64,000 nt of DNA from Rickettsiales bacterium (GTDB taxonomy: Bacteria > Pseudomonadota > Alphaproteobacteria > Rickettsiales > JAIXRX01), in assembly GCA_965247145.1 (NCBI GenBank), contig CBDFGH010000001.1, positions 513,164 through 577,163 of the forward strand, read 5' to 3'. The number at the start of each line of letters is the position of its first letter. Position 1 is the first letter of the stretch. Positions 8,150 through 17,422 of the stretch are shown here, piece by piece. The position numbers and the translations under genes are program-made. The notes under the pieces were generated by a model. The model made no database searches, was not told the DNA's origin, and worked only from the letters and a program-made list of their open reading frames with translations.

Positions 8150-8782
8150 CTAAACGGCGTAATCCGCCTGTTGTTCGGGATGCGCGCTTTCCACCCCGGG
8201 CCAGGCAGAAGTCGCCGCCTCGATGCGGCACAGGTTGGGGTAGGGCGTCAGATCGTGATTGAAACGGCGGGCGCTGAACAGTTGGGGCAGAATGAAACAT
8301 TCCGCCAAGCCCGGGGCCATCCCATGCACGAAATCCGCATCCGGTACCAATGCCTCGATGGCGGACAAACCCTTGCCTAGCCAATGCTCCGCCCAAGCGT
8401 TTTTCGTATCTTCGCCGCCGATGCGGTTCATTTCTTTCAATGTTCGCAGATTGAGCAGCGGCTGGATTTCGCAAGCAATGGCCTGGGTGATGGCACGGAT
8501 CTTTGCGCGTGCCAAAGGCTCCTCCGGCAGCAATCGCCGCGTGTGCGGAAAAGCTTCGTCAAGATATTCGAGGATGGGAAGGGACTGGGTCAGCACCGTG
8601 CGGTCGGGGAAAGCCAAGGCGGGCACCAGTCCCTGCGGGTTGATCGCGGCATAGGCGGCGGCGGATTGTTCGCCCTGGCGCAGATTCACGTAGCGCATTT
8701 CGTCCGGCTCGATGCCTTTGATGGCGAAGCCGAGGCGCACGCGGTAAGACGCGGAGGAGCGGAAGTAGCTGTAGAGAATCAT
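8150..8782 (-). CDS. maiA: maleylacetoacetate isomerase (GST zeta class)
   Basis: 210 aa beginning MILYSYFRSSASYRVR. Contains ..INPQGLVPAL.. and ..LTQSLPILEYLDE.. (GST N-domain). Sits next to FAH-family and hmgA genes. The upstream 128 aa of the track ORF overlaps cdd and was rejected. Confidence 0.85.
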   Translation of the reverse strand: MILYSYFRSSASYRVRLGFAIKGIEPDEMRYVNLRQGEQSAAAYAAINPQGLVPALAFPDRTVLTQSLPILEYLDEAFPHTRRLLPEEPLARAKIRAITQAIACEIQPLLNLRTLKEMNRIGGEDTKNAWAEHWLGKGLSAIEALVPDADFVHGMAPGLAECFILPQLFSARRFNHDLTPYPNLCRIEAATSAWPGVESAHPEQQADYAV

Positions 8783-9738
8783 GCCGCGCTCCCGAATTTT
8801 GGTGCGTGGCGCATCGCATCCTGCAACCTTTCGCTGCGCGCGAGGGCGTCTCCCTTGCCATAATGCAGTGGAATGTTGCCGCAGCCCGCCGCTTCCCACA
8901 ACACCTGTAATTCTCCGCCGCTGAGCGCAAAAGGGTCCTCCACGGCGGTGGTGGAACGGGTGAGAACCCATGCTTCGGCGACTGTATCGTTTGGCCCATA
9001 GATGCCGCGCAGATTGGCCACCGCCGCCTGTGCCGCCTCGGTGCTGGAAGGATAGGCCGCGTTTTCGATGCGTGTGCCTGCCACATACGCCCCCCGGTTG
9101 CTGCGCAGGATGACGGCCTGATGCCGCTTCGTCGCACGCGCGTCCGACTGCAGTTGGCGTAACCAACCGAGCAAAGCCGCCGTGTCCAACAGCGTGCCGT
9201 GCCGCGCGAGCAGGCCAGAGGCGGCTTCGGGCGAGTGCTTGTGTAGAATATCTGCGGCGCGCGTTTTCGCCGTGCCTTCTTCCAGATTGCGGAAACTAAA
9301 GGCATTGGGCAGCAGCGCGCCCACCGTGGCGGTGCTGGCGGTCGCGCCGTCGAGCGTGATGGCATGGATCGGGGCATCCGCACCCGCAAAATGGGCGAGG
9401 CGCTGACGGCATTCGCCGCACGGGGTGCAGGGAATCTGGCTGGTGGTGGCATCGGCGGGTGCGCCCATCACCCAGCCTTCGAGAATTTCCACCTCCGGCC
9501 CATATGCGGTCACCAGCGCCGCCATGGCGCTTTCTTCGCCGCAAGTCCCGAGCGTAAGATCGGGGTTTTCTACATTCGCACCGCCCACATGCACGATGCC
9601 CGCTGGCGTGCGCGCGCGAAACACAGCGGCAACCAGGAAATGGGATTGCCTGGCGTAGGCATGCTTGCGCAGATCGCGCAGCCAGGCGGTGAGGGCGGAG
9701 GGGGAAAGCGTTTCCGCCGTGTTGAGTATGCCTGCCAT
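8779..9738 (-). CDS. cdd: cytidine deaminase, two-domain (E. coli Cdd-like) type
   Basis: The N-domain has the Zn/catalytic motifs C-G-E-E-S-A (CAE type) and PCTPCGECRQ. The second CDA-like domain lacks Zn ligands. The stop overlaps the maiA start (ATGA). Confidence 0.7.
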   Translation of the reverse strand: MAGILNTAETLSPSALTAWLRDLRKHAYARQSHFLVAAVFRARTPAGIVHVGGANVENPDLTLGTCGEESAMAALVTAYGPEVEILEGWVMGAPADATTSQIPCTPCGECRQRLAHFAGADAPIHAITLDGATASTATVGALLPNAFSFRNLEEGTAKTRAADILHKHSPEAASGLLARHGTLLDTAALLGWLRQLQSDARATKRHQAVILRSNRGAYVAGTRIENAAYPSSTEAAQAAVANLRGIYGPNDTVAEAWVLTRSTTAVEDPFALSGGELQVLWEAAGCGNIPLHYGKGDALARSERLQDAMRHAPKFGSAA

Positions 9739-9746
9739 AATGTTTC

Positions 9747-9827
9747 CGTCATTGCGAGCGTCAGCGAAACAATCCAGCGTTTAGGCTTGCGGCGGGGCTG
9801 GATTGCTTCGCTCCACACGCAATGACG
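9747..9827. repeat. palindromic intergenic repeat, family 3 (CGTCATTGCGAGCG...CGCAATGACG)
   Basis: Outer arms CGTCATTGCG / CGCAATGACG and inner arms AACAATCCAGC / GCTGGATTGCTT. Single copy in the window, between cdd and the FAH-family gene. Confidence 0.75.
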
Positions 9828-9834
9828 AAGTCTG

Positions 9835-10836
9835 CTACATCCCGCTCATCGGGCCGCTATACTGCACCACTTGCTGATCGATGCTGCCGAAGATGCTGCG
9901 GCCCTGGGTGTCCATCATCTCGATTTTCACCCGGTCGCCGAATTGCAGAAACTCCGTCTTCGGCGCACCGTGTTCGATGGTCTCCAGCATCCGGCGTTCG
10001 ACCAGGCAGGAAGACCCCACATCCCCTTCCTTGTTCGAGACCGTGCCGGAACCGATGATGGTGCCAGCCATCAGCGGCCGGGTTTTGGCGGCATGGGCGA
10101 TGAGTTGGGCGAAGTTGAAAGTCATATCCACCCCCGCCTGCGGCCTGCCGAACGACGCGCCGTTGATGTAGGAATGCAAGGGCAGGTGCAATTTGCCGTC
10201 CTTCCACGCATCGCCCAGCGAATCCACGGCGACGGCGGTGGGAGAGAAGGCGCTGGGCGGTTTGGAATGCACGAAGCCGAAGCCTTTCTGCAGTTCGGCA
10301 GGCGCCAGTCCGCGCAAGGTCACATCGTTCACCAGCATGACCAGCGCCACGCAATCCGCGGCGGCCTCCAACGTCACACCCATCGGCACATCGGTGGTAA
10401 TGACGGCAATTTCGGCTTCCAGATCCACACCCCAGGCCTCATCCGCCACCTGAATATCGTCACGCGGCCCGAGGAATACATCCGAGCCGCCTTGATACAT
10501 CAAGGGGTCGGTCCAGAAACTGGGGGGCATTTCCACACCGCGCGCTTTGCGCACCAGTTCGACATGCGTGACATAAGCCGAACCATCGAGCCACTGGTAA
10601 GCGCGGGGCAAGGGGCTCATGCATTGCGCTTCGTCGAACGGTATCGCGCCATCCAAAGCTCCGGCTTCCAGCGCGCGGGCGGCGGATTGCAGCGCGCTTT
10701 GCCGTTCCGTCCAGCGATCCAGCGCCTCCTGAAGTGTAGCGGCAATGGAAGGCACGGGTGCACATCGCGAAAGATCTTCGGAGACGACGACGAGCATACC
10801 GTCGCGGCTGAGGTTTTTCAGTGTGGCAAGTTTCAT
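9835..10836 (-). CDS. fumarylacetoacetate hydrolase family protein (probable fumarylacetoacetase of the homogentisate pathway)
   Basis: 333 aa from MKLATLKN. FAH-fold C-terminal region (..DLEAEIAVIT.., ..MLVNDVTLR.., ..GTIIGSGTVSN..). Clustered with maiA and hmgA. Confidence 0.75.
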   Translation of the reverse strand: MKLATLKNLSRDGMLVVVSEDLSRCAPVPSIAATLQEALDRWTERQSALQSAARALEAGALDGAIPFDEAQCMSPLPRAYQWLDGSAYVTHVELVRKARGVEMPPSFWTDPLMYQGGSDVFLGPRDDIQVADEAWGVDLEAEIAVITTDVPMGVTLEAAADCVALVMLVNDVTLRGLAPAELQKGFGFVHSKPPSAFSPTAVAVDSLGDAWKDGKLHLPLHSYINGASFGRPQAGVDMTFNFAQLIAHAAKTRPLMAGTIIGSGTVSNKEGDVGSSCLVERRMLETIEHGAPKTEFLQFGDRVKIEMMDTQGRSIFGSIDQQVVQYSGPMSGM

Positions 10837-10931
10837 AGAATCCAATTCCCGACAATCGAATGCCGTTTTTATACCAAAGTGCGGCAAAGTAGCGGCGCAA
10901 TCATTCCGCTTAATTCATAAAGGAACCATCC

Positions 10932-11228
10932 ATGAAACTCAAACTCATCACGCTCCTCGGCGTTACCGCGTTAATGTCCGCGTGCACGCATCACGATCAG
11001 CCGATGCACAAGAACTGCGACCATTACATGGGCGTCAAAGGCGCACCGACGCCGCCGACCACGTATAAGAACGGCACCTTGGTGGATTGCCACGAAGACC
11101 ATGCCGCCCGCCGCTACGGCATCTTCGGCAGCGATCCCTACAAAGCCGCGCGTCCCGCGCCTTCCGCCACCCGCATGCAGACCGCACCGGAAACCGTGCA
11201 ACGCGACAATTACCCGTTCTGGCGCTAG
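10932..11228 (+). CDS. hypothetical lipoprotein
   Basis: Signal peptide with lipobox: MKLKLITLLGVTALMSA|C. 98 aa. Opposite strand to the flanking catabolic genes. Confidence 0.55.
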   Translation: MKLKLITLLGVTALMSACTHHDQPMHKNCDHYMGVKGAPTPPTTYKNGTLVDCHEDHAARRYGIFGSDPYKAARPAPSATRMQTAPETVQRDNYPFWR

Positions 11229-11243
11229 TTCCGCCCGAACGAA

Positions 11244-11277
11244 AAAGCCGCGCTTCCGAAAGGGGCGCGGCTTTTTT
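11244..11277 (+). terminator. Rho-independent terminator
   Basis: AAAGCCGCGC (11244-11253) pairs with GCGCGGCTTT (11265-11274), running into a T6 tract. Confidence 0.65.
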
Positions 11278-11281
11278 GCAT

Positions 11282-11427
11282 CGTCATTCCCCGAATTCGT
11301 GCAGCGGATTACAGGGCATCCATGCCCCTAGATTTTCAATGTCCATTGAGTGTGTGCAAAGCACTAGAGGCAAAGCACTAGGGAATGGATTCGACGGTAT
11401 TTACACTGTAAAATTCGAGGAATGACG
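11282..11427. repeat. palindromic repeat, family 2 (CGTCATTCCCCGAATT termini), divergent copy
   Basis: Left end CGTCATTCCCCGAATTCG, right end AATTCGAGGAATGACG. The subterminal GATTACAGGG motif is shared with the copies at 45295-45423 and 55628-55756. Confidence 0.7.
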
Positions 11428-11429
11428 AG

Positions 11430-12563
11430 CTACTTCACCGTCCAGCTATCGACATAGCCCGTCCATTCCAGCGCACACATTCCGTTCGCTACATCCACCG
11501 CGTCGCGCGTGTCGATCATCACGGCCACTTCGTCGGTTTCCTTTTTCGGGGGCAGGTCCTTGTTCTGGCTGGCGGCGAAGGCTTTGGGGTGGGGGCCGTG
11601 GGGGAAGCCGCAGGGGTGGATGGTCAACATGCCGGGATGGATGTTGTCGCGGCTGAAGAAGTTGCCCTGATGGTAGAAGAGAATCTCGTCGAAATCGTTG
11701 TTGGAATGAAAGAAGGGGATTTTCAGCGCGCCGGGATCGGTCTCCATCAGGCGCGGCACGAAGGTACAGACCACGAAGCGGGAGGCGACGAAGGTGGTGT
11801 GGGCCGAAGGCGGCAAATGATAGCGGTGGCTCATCAGCGGGCGGATGTCGCGCCAGTTGATGCGCGCCACGAGATTGTCCCCATGCCATCCCACCGCATC
11901 CAGCGGGTTGAAGGGAAAGGTGACTGTGGTGATCGCGCCGCGGCGTTTCAGCAGGATTTGCCATTCGCCCTGCGCTTGCGCCTTGAACGCTTCGTCCAGC
12001 TTCGGCGTATCCAGCATCGCCGCATCGAAAATCGCATGCGGGCCGACCAGTCCCTTATCCGGCAGGCGATAGGAATCGTTGGTTGCTTCGATCATCAGAA
12101 ACGCGCTGGGTTCGGCGCATGCGACACGCCAACGACTGCCGCGCGGCAACAGAATATAATCGCCCTCGGTGAAGCTGAGATGCCCCAGATCGCAGAAGAA
12201 CTCGCCGTGCCCGGTATGGACGAACAGCAACTCATCGCCGTCCCCATTGCTGACCAGGTGATCCATCGCGCCCTCGGTGCGCCAAAAACGCATCGCCATG
12301 TGGGCATTGCCCAATACCGGCACGGCGTTCCATGGGCAGTTTTCGGCTTTGGTTGCCTTCGCCAGATCATAAGCGCGCGGCTTCAACGGCCCATCCCACG
12401 CCGTCCATCCCATCGGGTTATTCGCATGGTGAATGTGGGTGGCCGCCCCGAAAAATCCTTCCTTCCCGAACTCGCGCTCAAACGTGCCTTGCGGCAGGTC
12501 GCAATGCGCCTGGCGGCTGGAAAGGCCCTCGATGCGGGGAAAGGAAATGGGTTGCTTGGTCAT
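11430..12563 (-). CDS. hmgA: homogentisate 1,2-dioxygenase
   Basis: 377 aa from MTKQPISF. Cupin-type HGD features (..HSNNDFDEILFYHQG.., ..HPCGFPHGPHP..). Clustered with FAH and maiA. The upstream 71 codons of the track ORF were rejected. Confidence 0.8.
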   Translation of the reverse strand: MTKQPISFPRIEGLSSRQAHCDLPQGTFEREFGKEGFFGAATHIHHANNPMGWTAWDGPLKPRAYDLAKATKAENCPWNAVPVLGNAHMAMRFWRTEGAMDHLVSNGDGDELLFVHTGHGEFFCDLGHLSFTEGDYILLPRGSRWRVACAEPSAFLMIEATNDSYRLPDKGLVGPHAIFDAAMLDTPKLDEAFKAQAQGEWQILLKRRGAITTVTFPFNPLDAVGWHGDNLVARINWRDIRPLMSHRYHLPPSAHTTFVASRFVVCTFVPRLMETDPGALKIPFFHSNNDFDEILFYHQGNFFSRDNIHPGMLTIHPCGFPHGPHPKAFAASQNKDLPPKKETDEVAVMIDTRDAVDVANGMCALEWTGYVDSWTVK

Positions 12564-12672
12564 GGCATGGCACCGAGCTGAATGGCTGACGCGTAGCATG
12601 CCACAAAAACCGAAAAATTCTACTTCCCTCTCGTGCCATGATGACGAGCCGATGCATCGGCAAGGATACTCG

Positions 12673-13656
12673 TCAAACTTCCATCGTTGCAGAGCGCGCG
12701 GTTTCTCTCTGTCTCTGCTTTTCGAGATGCGTGAAATCATTGCCCGCAAATGCGGCGTAGGGCTGTTTGGCAGCATAGGAAAGCGGATTGGAATTCCGCA
12801 GGTTCAGCGGTTGATTGTCGAAATGCATCAGGCTTTCGATGGCCTCTTTTTTTTCTTCGGCCTTTACGCGCTTGGTGAGAAGGCGATCGATTCCGGCCAG
12901 AGCCACGGCATCCACCAACAACAAGGAGCCCTGAGTCATCATTTCGTGGCGGACCAGGCTTTCGGTGTCGTTTTCATCGTGGGCATATTTTTTGACCAGT
13001 CGATGGGCGAGCACGTGCAATATTGCGCCCAAACCGATGGTCAATCCTTTGGCCACAGCCAACACACCGAGTTTTTCCTTGGGCGAAACACGCGGATCGT
13101 CGATCTGGTCTTTGATGCGCTCTCTCTCGAACAAATCCGATTGCTGGTCGATTGAAATCACCTGACCGGTTTCCCTTAGATGGGCGATCGTATGTGCGGC
13201 GCCGATATCGGCCAATGCCTCTTGTTGTTCGGCCTTGGCTTGTTTTTTGTAACGCCCCAACATGCCGAGGTAGCTTCCCAGCCAGATAGCCCCCGATATC
13301 GCCACGCCCACGGCCAGAATGACTTTGGATTTCGTCGGGAAATCCTTGGCCATTTTCAGCACATCGCTGCGCGAGAAAGTAAATTTGTTCTTCGGAAACC
13401 ACTGATCGAAAGGCAGCGGTTTGTCATGCGTCGCCAACGACCAGACCACAGCGATACCGGTGGCAATCGAAGGAAAAAGAGCCAGAAAACTGGCTTTGCT
13501 TACGCGCCAACTCTGCTTTTGCGCCGTTCCGCCATCGGGGTAGGCGAGCAGATTCTTCTGGTGTCCGGCGAGTATGGCAAGCTCGGCGCTGCCCCGGCTG
13601 TGCAAATTGCCGAGATCATCCTTGGGGTTGATTTTTTTTGTCAAAAACATGCGCAA
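12673..13656 (-). CDS. hypothetical membrane protein A (3 predicted TM helices) with QP..G-x-FT tail
   Basis: 327-aa ORF. Hydrophobic helices ASFLALFPSIATGIAVVWSLA, VILAVGVAISGAIWLGSYLGML and LGVLAVAKGLTIGLGAILHVLA. The start lies 3 nt after the stop of the upstream ORF. No family recognised. Confidence 0.55.
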   Translation of the reverse strand: MRMFLTKKINPKDDLGNLHSRGSAELAILAGHQKNLLAYPDGGTAQKQSWRVSKASFLALFPSIATGIAVVWSLATHDKPLPFDQWFPKNKFTFSRSDVLKMAKDFPTKSKVILAVGVAISGAIWLGSYLGMLGRYKKQAKAEQQEALADIGAAHTIAHLRETGQVISIDQQSDLFERERIKDQIDDPRVSPKEKLGVLAVAKGLTIGLGAILHVLAHRLVKKYAHDENDTESLVRHEMMTQGSLLLVDAVALAGIDRLLTKRVKAEEKKEAIESLMHFDNQPLNLRNSNPLSYAAKQPYAAFAGNDFTHLEKQRQRETARSATMEV

Positions 13657-13659
13657 ACT

Positions 13660-14169
13660 TTAAATAGCGGCCGCCTGCCCCGCGCCACGGTTGCCTGCAT
13701 TCTGCGTAAACTGGCCAATATTCTCACCTTGGGCTTGCTGCGCCTGCCGCAACCGCGCCAGATCGTCCTGGCTGAGGGATTGCAGCGTGGGCTGCGCACT
13801 TTGCGTGGCGCGGGCGTTCAGAATGATGTCGATATTGGTGACGTTGCTGGCCGCTTCGTTGCGAATGTCGTTGCGGTATTCGGTCATCGAAGCGAAGAAG
13901 CTGTAGACCGCCACGCCGTAGCCGATCACTTTGCGCACGGTGTCGTTGTTGAGGAAGCCAAGAAATCCTATTTTACGGCCCACGAAACCGGAAAGCGCCT
14001 GGCTACCGCCGCCGATCAGCGCCGCTTTGGCCGCACGTCCCGCATTGCGGAACAGGCCGCCGATACCCGGGCTTTCATAAGTTTTTACTTGTTCCGCACG
14101 CATCGCCAGCAATTGCTCGCTGTTCATCTGCTGCAGTTTCTTGATTTCGCTGGCTGGATCTTTGGCCAT
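13660..14169 (-). CDS. hypothetical glycine-zipper membrane protein B (paralog of C)
   Basis: 169-aa ORF. Aligns by eye with ORF 14271-14945 (GLF..AALIGGG.., VIGYGVAVYSFFASM, QPTLQSLSQDDLA, GQFT). Confidence 0.55.
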   Translation of the reverse strand: MAKDPASEIKKLQQMNSEQLLAMRAEQVKTYESPGIGGLFRNAGRAAKAALIGGGSQALSGFVGRKIGFLGFLNNDTVRKVIGYGVAVYSFFASMTEYRNDIRNEAASNVTNIDIILNARATQSAQPTLQSLSQDDLARLRQAQQAQGENIGQFTQNAGNRGAGQAAAI

Positions 14170-14270
14170 GGCATGGGTCCTTTGAGGATTCCTCGATGCC
14201 TTTAATGTAGCATTGCTATGTTACGGTTTCGTGAAGCCACATGACTCAAAACCATATCGAAATCCGTATC

Positions 14271-14945
14271 CTATCCGGCAAGGCCGGGAGCGGCTGCTGC
14301 GGTGGATTTGGCGGCGGTGAAATGGCCGAGCTTCTGGCCCGGCGAGGCGAGCCCTGCATTATGCGCGGCAAGGTCGGCCTGGGTCAGCGGCGCGAGGGTG
14401 GGCTGTTTGCGCGGTTGGCCATCGGCGTCGATGCCGCGTTTTTCGAATTCGGCATTGAGCATATGGGTATTTTGGATGCCCACGGCAGAAACTTCTTTGT
14501 GGTTTTTGATGCGGTCTTTCACCGCGGTGTAAGCCGCCAGCCCGAACGCGATAATCAAACCGGCATAGGCCCCAGCTTTTTTGAAATTGTGATTGCGTAG
14601 ATGCACGCCCGCGCTTTGCGGCGTGACGCCATGCCCTTTGATGGTATCCAAATATCTGGCATACGTTTTTTGCTGACCCGCATTGAGACTGGCCGAAGTC
14701 ATCATTTTGGCTTTTTCCCCGACAGGGATCGCGCCGGCCAATTTACTACCGCCCGCGTAACCCAAAAGGGACCCGATCAATGCCGCACCCATGGTTTTGA
14801 CGCCGTCAAACATACCTTTGAAGCTGACGAGTTGCGGGTTGTTGGTGGCCATTTCCGCGTCGATATGCATCCGCATCAATTCTTTGACGGGCGCATTGGA
14901 GATGGCTTCCTGGGTAAGGAGCTTGGGTTCGGAAAACAGGCCCAT
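14271..14945 (-). CDS. hypothetical glycine-zipper membrane protein C (paralog of B)
   Basis: 224-aa ORF. GMF..GAALIGSLLGYAGG, AGAYAGLIIAFGLAAYTAV, QPTLAPLTQADLA, GHFT. First gene of the three-gene block. Confidence 0.55.
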   Translation of the reverse strand: MGLFSEPKLLTQEAISNAPVKELMRMHIDAEMATNNPQLVSFKGMFDGVKTMGAALIGSLLGYAGGSKLAGAIPVGEKAKMMTSASLNAGQQKTYARYLDTIKGHGVTPQSAGVHLRNHNFKKAGAYAGLIIAFGLAAYTAVKDRIKNHKEVSAVGIQNTHMLNAEFEKRGIDADGQPRKQPTLAPLTQADLAAHNAGLASPGQKLGHFTAAKSTAAAAPGLAG

Positions 14946-15017
14946 AGGAGTGACTCATGGAATGATTGATGGGTATTAACCTATCAGGCTTTTGTTACGT
15001 TTCCGTGAAGGCAGAGC

Positions 15018-15050
15018 AAAAAAATGCCTGGAAACCAAAGGTCTCCAGGC
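15018..15050 (-). terminator. Rho-independent terminator downstream of hppA
   Basis: On the minus strand, GCCTGGAGACC...GGTTTCCAGGC is followed by a T7 tract (an A-run at 15018-15024 on plus). It lies about 45 nt after the hppA stop. Confidence 0.6.
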
Positions 15051-15095
15051 AAGGTCTGCTACGACTAAAACGGGTGTCGCGGCTCGGCTCGGGGG

Positions 15096-17180
15096 CTATT
15101 GGGCCAGCACGGCGAGGAGCAGCAAGGCGACGATATTGGCGATTTTGATCATGGGGTTGATGGCGGGACCGGCGGTGTCCTTGTAGGGATCGCCCACCGT
15201 GTCGCCGGTCACGGCGGCTTTATGGGCGTCCGAGCCCTTGCCGCCATGGTGGCCTTCTTCGATGTATTTCTTCGCGTTGTCCCACGCCCCACCGCCGCTG
15301 GTCATGGAGATGGCCACGAACAATCCGGTGACGATAATGCCCATCAGCAGCGCGCCGAGGGCGGAGAAAGCCGCCGTCTGATCGGCCACCGCTTCGACGA
15401 TGAAGTACAAAGCGAGGGGAGCGGCGATCGGCAGCAGCGAAGGGACGATCATTTCCTTGATGGCGGATTTGGTGAGGAGATCGACCGCGCGGCCGTAATC
15501 CGGTTTCTGCGTGCCCTGCATGATGCCCGGCATCTCGCGGAACTGGCGGCGCACTTCGACCACCACGGCCCCGGCCGCCCGGCCCACCGCTTTCATGCCC
15601 ATGGCGCCGAACAGATACGGCAGCATGCCGCCGATGAAGAGACCGACCACGACGTAAGGGTTGGCGAGGTCGAAGCGCACATCGAGGCTCGGGAAGTAGT
15701 GATGTAGATCCTGCACATAAGCCGCGAAGAGCACCAGCGAGGCAAGGCCCGCGCTGCCAATGGCATAGCCTTTGGTGACGGCTTTGGTGGTGTTGCCGAC
15801 CGCATCCAGAGCATCGGTCGTTACCCGCACATCCGCGGGGAGGCCCGCCATTTCGGCAATGCCACCGGCATTGTCCGTTACCGGGCCGTAGGCATCCAGG
15901 GCCACGATCATCCCGGCCAGGGCCAGCATGGTGGTGGCGGCGATGGCGATGCCGAACAGGCCGAACTGATGGTAGGCGACCAATATTCCCACCGCGATGG
16001 TGATGACGGGCAGGGCGGTCGCTTCCATCGAAACCGCCAAACCTTGGATAACGTTCGTGCCATGCCCGGTGGTGCTGGATTGCGCCACGCTTTTGACCGG
16101 GCGGAATTTGGTGGAAGTATAATATTCGGTGATGACGACCAGCAGCCCGGTCACACCAAGCCCGGTAAGCACGCACCAGAAAAGCTGGATACCGGTATAG
16201 GCGGTTTCGTTCACGAAATAGACCGTATCGAGCCCGACATATTGCTTCACCAGCCAATAAATCGCGCCTGCCGAAAGCAGCCCGGAAACGGCCAGGCCCT
16301 TATAGAGTGCGTTCATGATGTTCTGACTGCGGCCGAGGCGCACGGCGAAGGTGCCGATGATGGAGGCGAAGATGCAGACTGCGCCGATCACCAGCGGCAG
16401 CATGGTCATCAAGCCGGCTTCCGGCCCACCGAAGGTGATGGTGGCAAGCAGCATGGTGGCGACTACGGTCACGGCATAGGTCTCGAACAGATCGGCCGCC
16501 ATGCCCGCGCAATCGCCGACGTTATCACCCACATTATCCGCGATGGTGGCGGGGTTGCGTGCGTCGTCCTCGGGAATGCCTGCTTCGACCTTGCCCACCA
16601 AGTCCGCGCCCACATCCGCGCCCTTGGTGAAAATGCCGCCGCCGAGGCGCGCGAAGATGGAGATGAGCGAAGCGCCGAAGGAAAGGGCGACCAGCGCTTC
16701 CATCGCCGGGCGGCCTTCCAGCCCCACATGGCGCAGATAGAAGTAATAAAGCCCGACACCGAGAATGCCCAAACCCACCACCAGAAGCCCGGTGACGGCC
16801 CCTGCGCGGAAGGCGACATCGAGCGCTTTTTTCATGCCGTGGCGTGCAGCCTCGGCGGTGCGCACATTGGCGCGTACGGACATATGCATGCCGATATAGC
16901 CCGCCAGGCCCGAGCAGATCGCGCCGATGGCGAAACCGATGGCGGGGAATTTGCCGAGTTTCCAGAACAGCAACCCGTCGATCACGATACCGACGAGGGC
17001 GATGGTGCGGTATTGGCGGTTGAGATAGGCCTGCGCACCTTCTTGGATGGCCGCGCCGATGTTGCGCATCACGTCATTGCCGCTGGGCAGTTTCAGGATG
17101 AGCATGAAATTGACGATGCCGTAAAGCAACGCCGCGATGCCTGCGCCGATGACCAGCCATTCGAAAATGCCGAATTCCAT
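15096..17180 (-). CDS. hppA: membrane-bound proton-translocating pyrophosphatase
   Basis: 694 aa, polytopic. Hallmark motifs: [59 protein letters not shown]. Confidence 0.95.
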   Translation of the reverse strand: MEFGIFEWLVIGAGIAALLYGIVNFMLILKLPSGNDVMRNIGAAIQEGAQAYLNRQYRTIALVGIVIDGLLFWKLGKFPAIGFAIGAICSGLAGYIGMHMSVRANVRTAEAARHGMKKALDVAFRAGAVTGLLVVGLGILGVGLYYFYLRHVGLEGRPAMEALVALSFGASLISIFARLGGGIFTKGADVGADLVGKVEAGIPEDDARNPATIADNVGDNVGDCAGMAADLFETYAVTVVATMLLATITFGGPEAGLMTMLPLVIGAVCIFASIIGTFAVRLGRSQNIMNALYKGLAVSGLLSAGAIYWLVKQYVGLDTVYFVNETAYTGIQLFWCVLTGLGVTGLLVVITEYYTSTKFRPVKSVAQSSTTGHGTNVIQGLAVSMEATALPVITIAVGILVAYHQFGLFGIAIAATTMLALAGMIVALDAYGPVTDNAGGIAEMAGLPADVRVTTDALDAVGNTTKAVTKGYAIGSAGLASLVLFAAYVQDLHHYFPSLDVRFDLANPYVVVGLFIGGMLPYLFGAMGMKAVGRAAGAVVVEVRRQFREMPGIMQGTQKPDYGRAVDLLTKSAIKEMIVPSLLPIAAPLALYFIVEAVADQTAAFSALGALLMGIIVTGLFVAISMTSGGGAWDNAKKYIEEGHHGGKGSDAHKAAVTGDTVGDPYKDTAGPAINPMIKIANIVALLLLAVLAQ

Positions 17181-17422
17181 AATCGCTACCCTCTGTTCTG
17201 TTTCCCGTATGCGGTTGCCGGAGTCTCTCTATCCCAGGGGCCGGGTCCGCAGCGGAGGCAGACCATGCCAGAGCCAGGGGCGGGGAGGGAAGTGGCAATT
17301 TGGCTACAGAATAAAGCTTTGATTTTTAATGCATCAGGGGTGGACACGCCCGGAAAGATCGACATCTGCGATCTGAATTAAGACGGATATTTCGGATTTT
17401 TCGCGCGGGAAAGGAAGCACTA

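Noticed and set aside
8783-9166. N-terminal extensions of track ORFs: 8150-9166, 24601-25512, 11430-12776, 9835-10887, 21758-22144, 50290-51768 and 51805-52740.
   Set aside because: The extensions overlap upstream genes or intergenic repeats and have non-protein-like composition. Internal ATGs with canonical conserved N-termini (MILYSYF, MTQIDW, MTKQPISF, MKLATL, MKKIEAI, MPPKPRI, MSNTRAQ) fit better.
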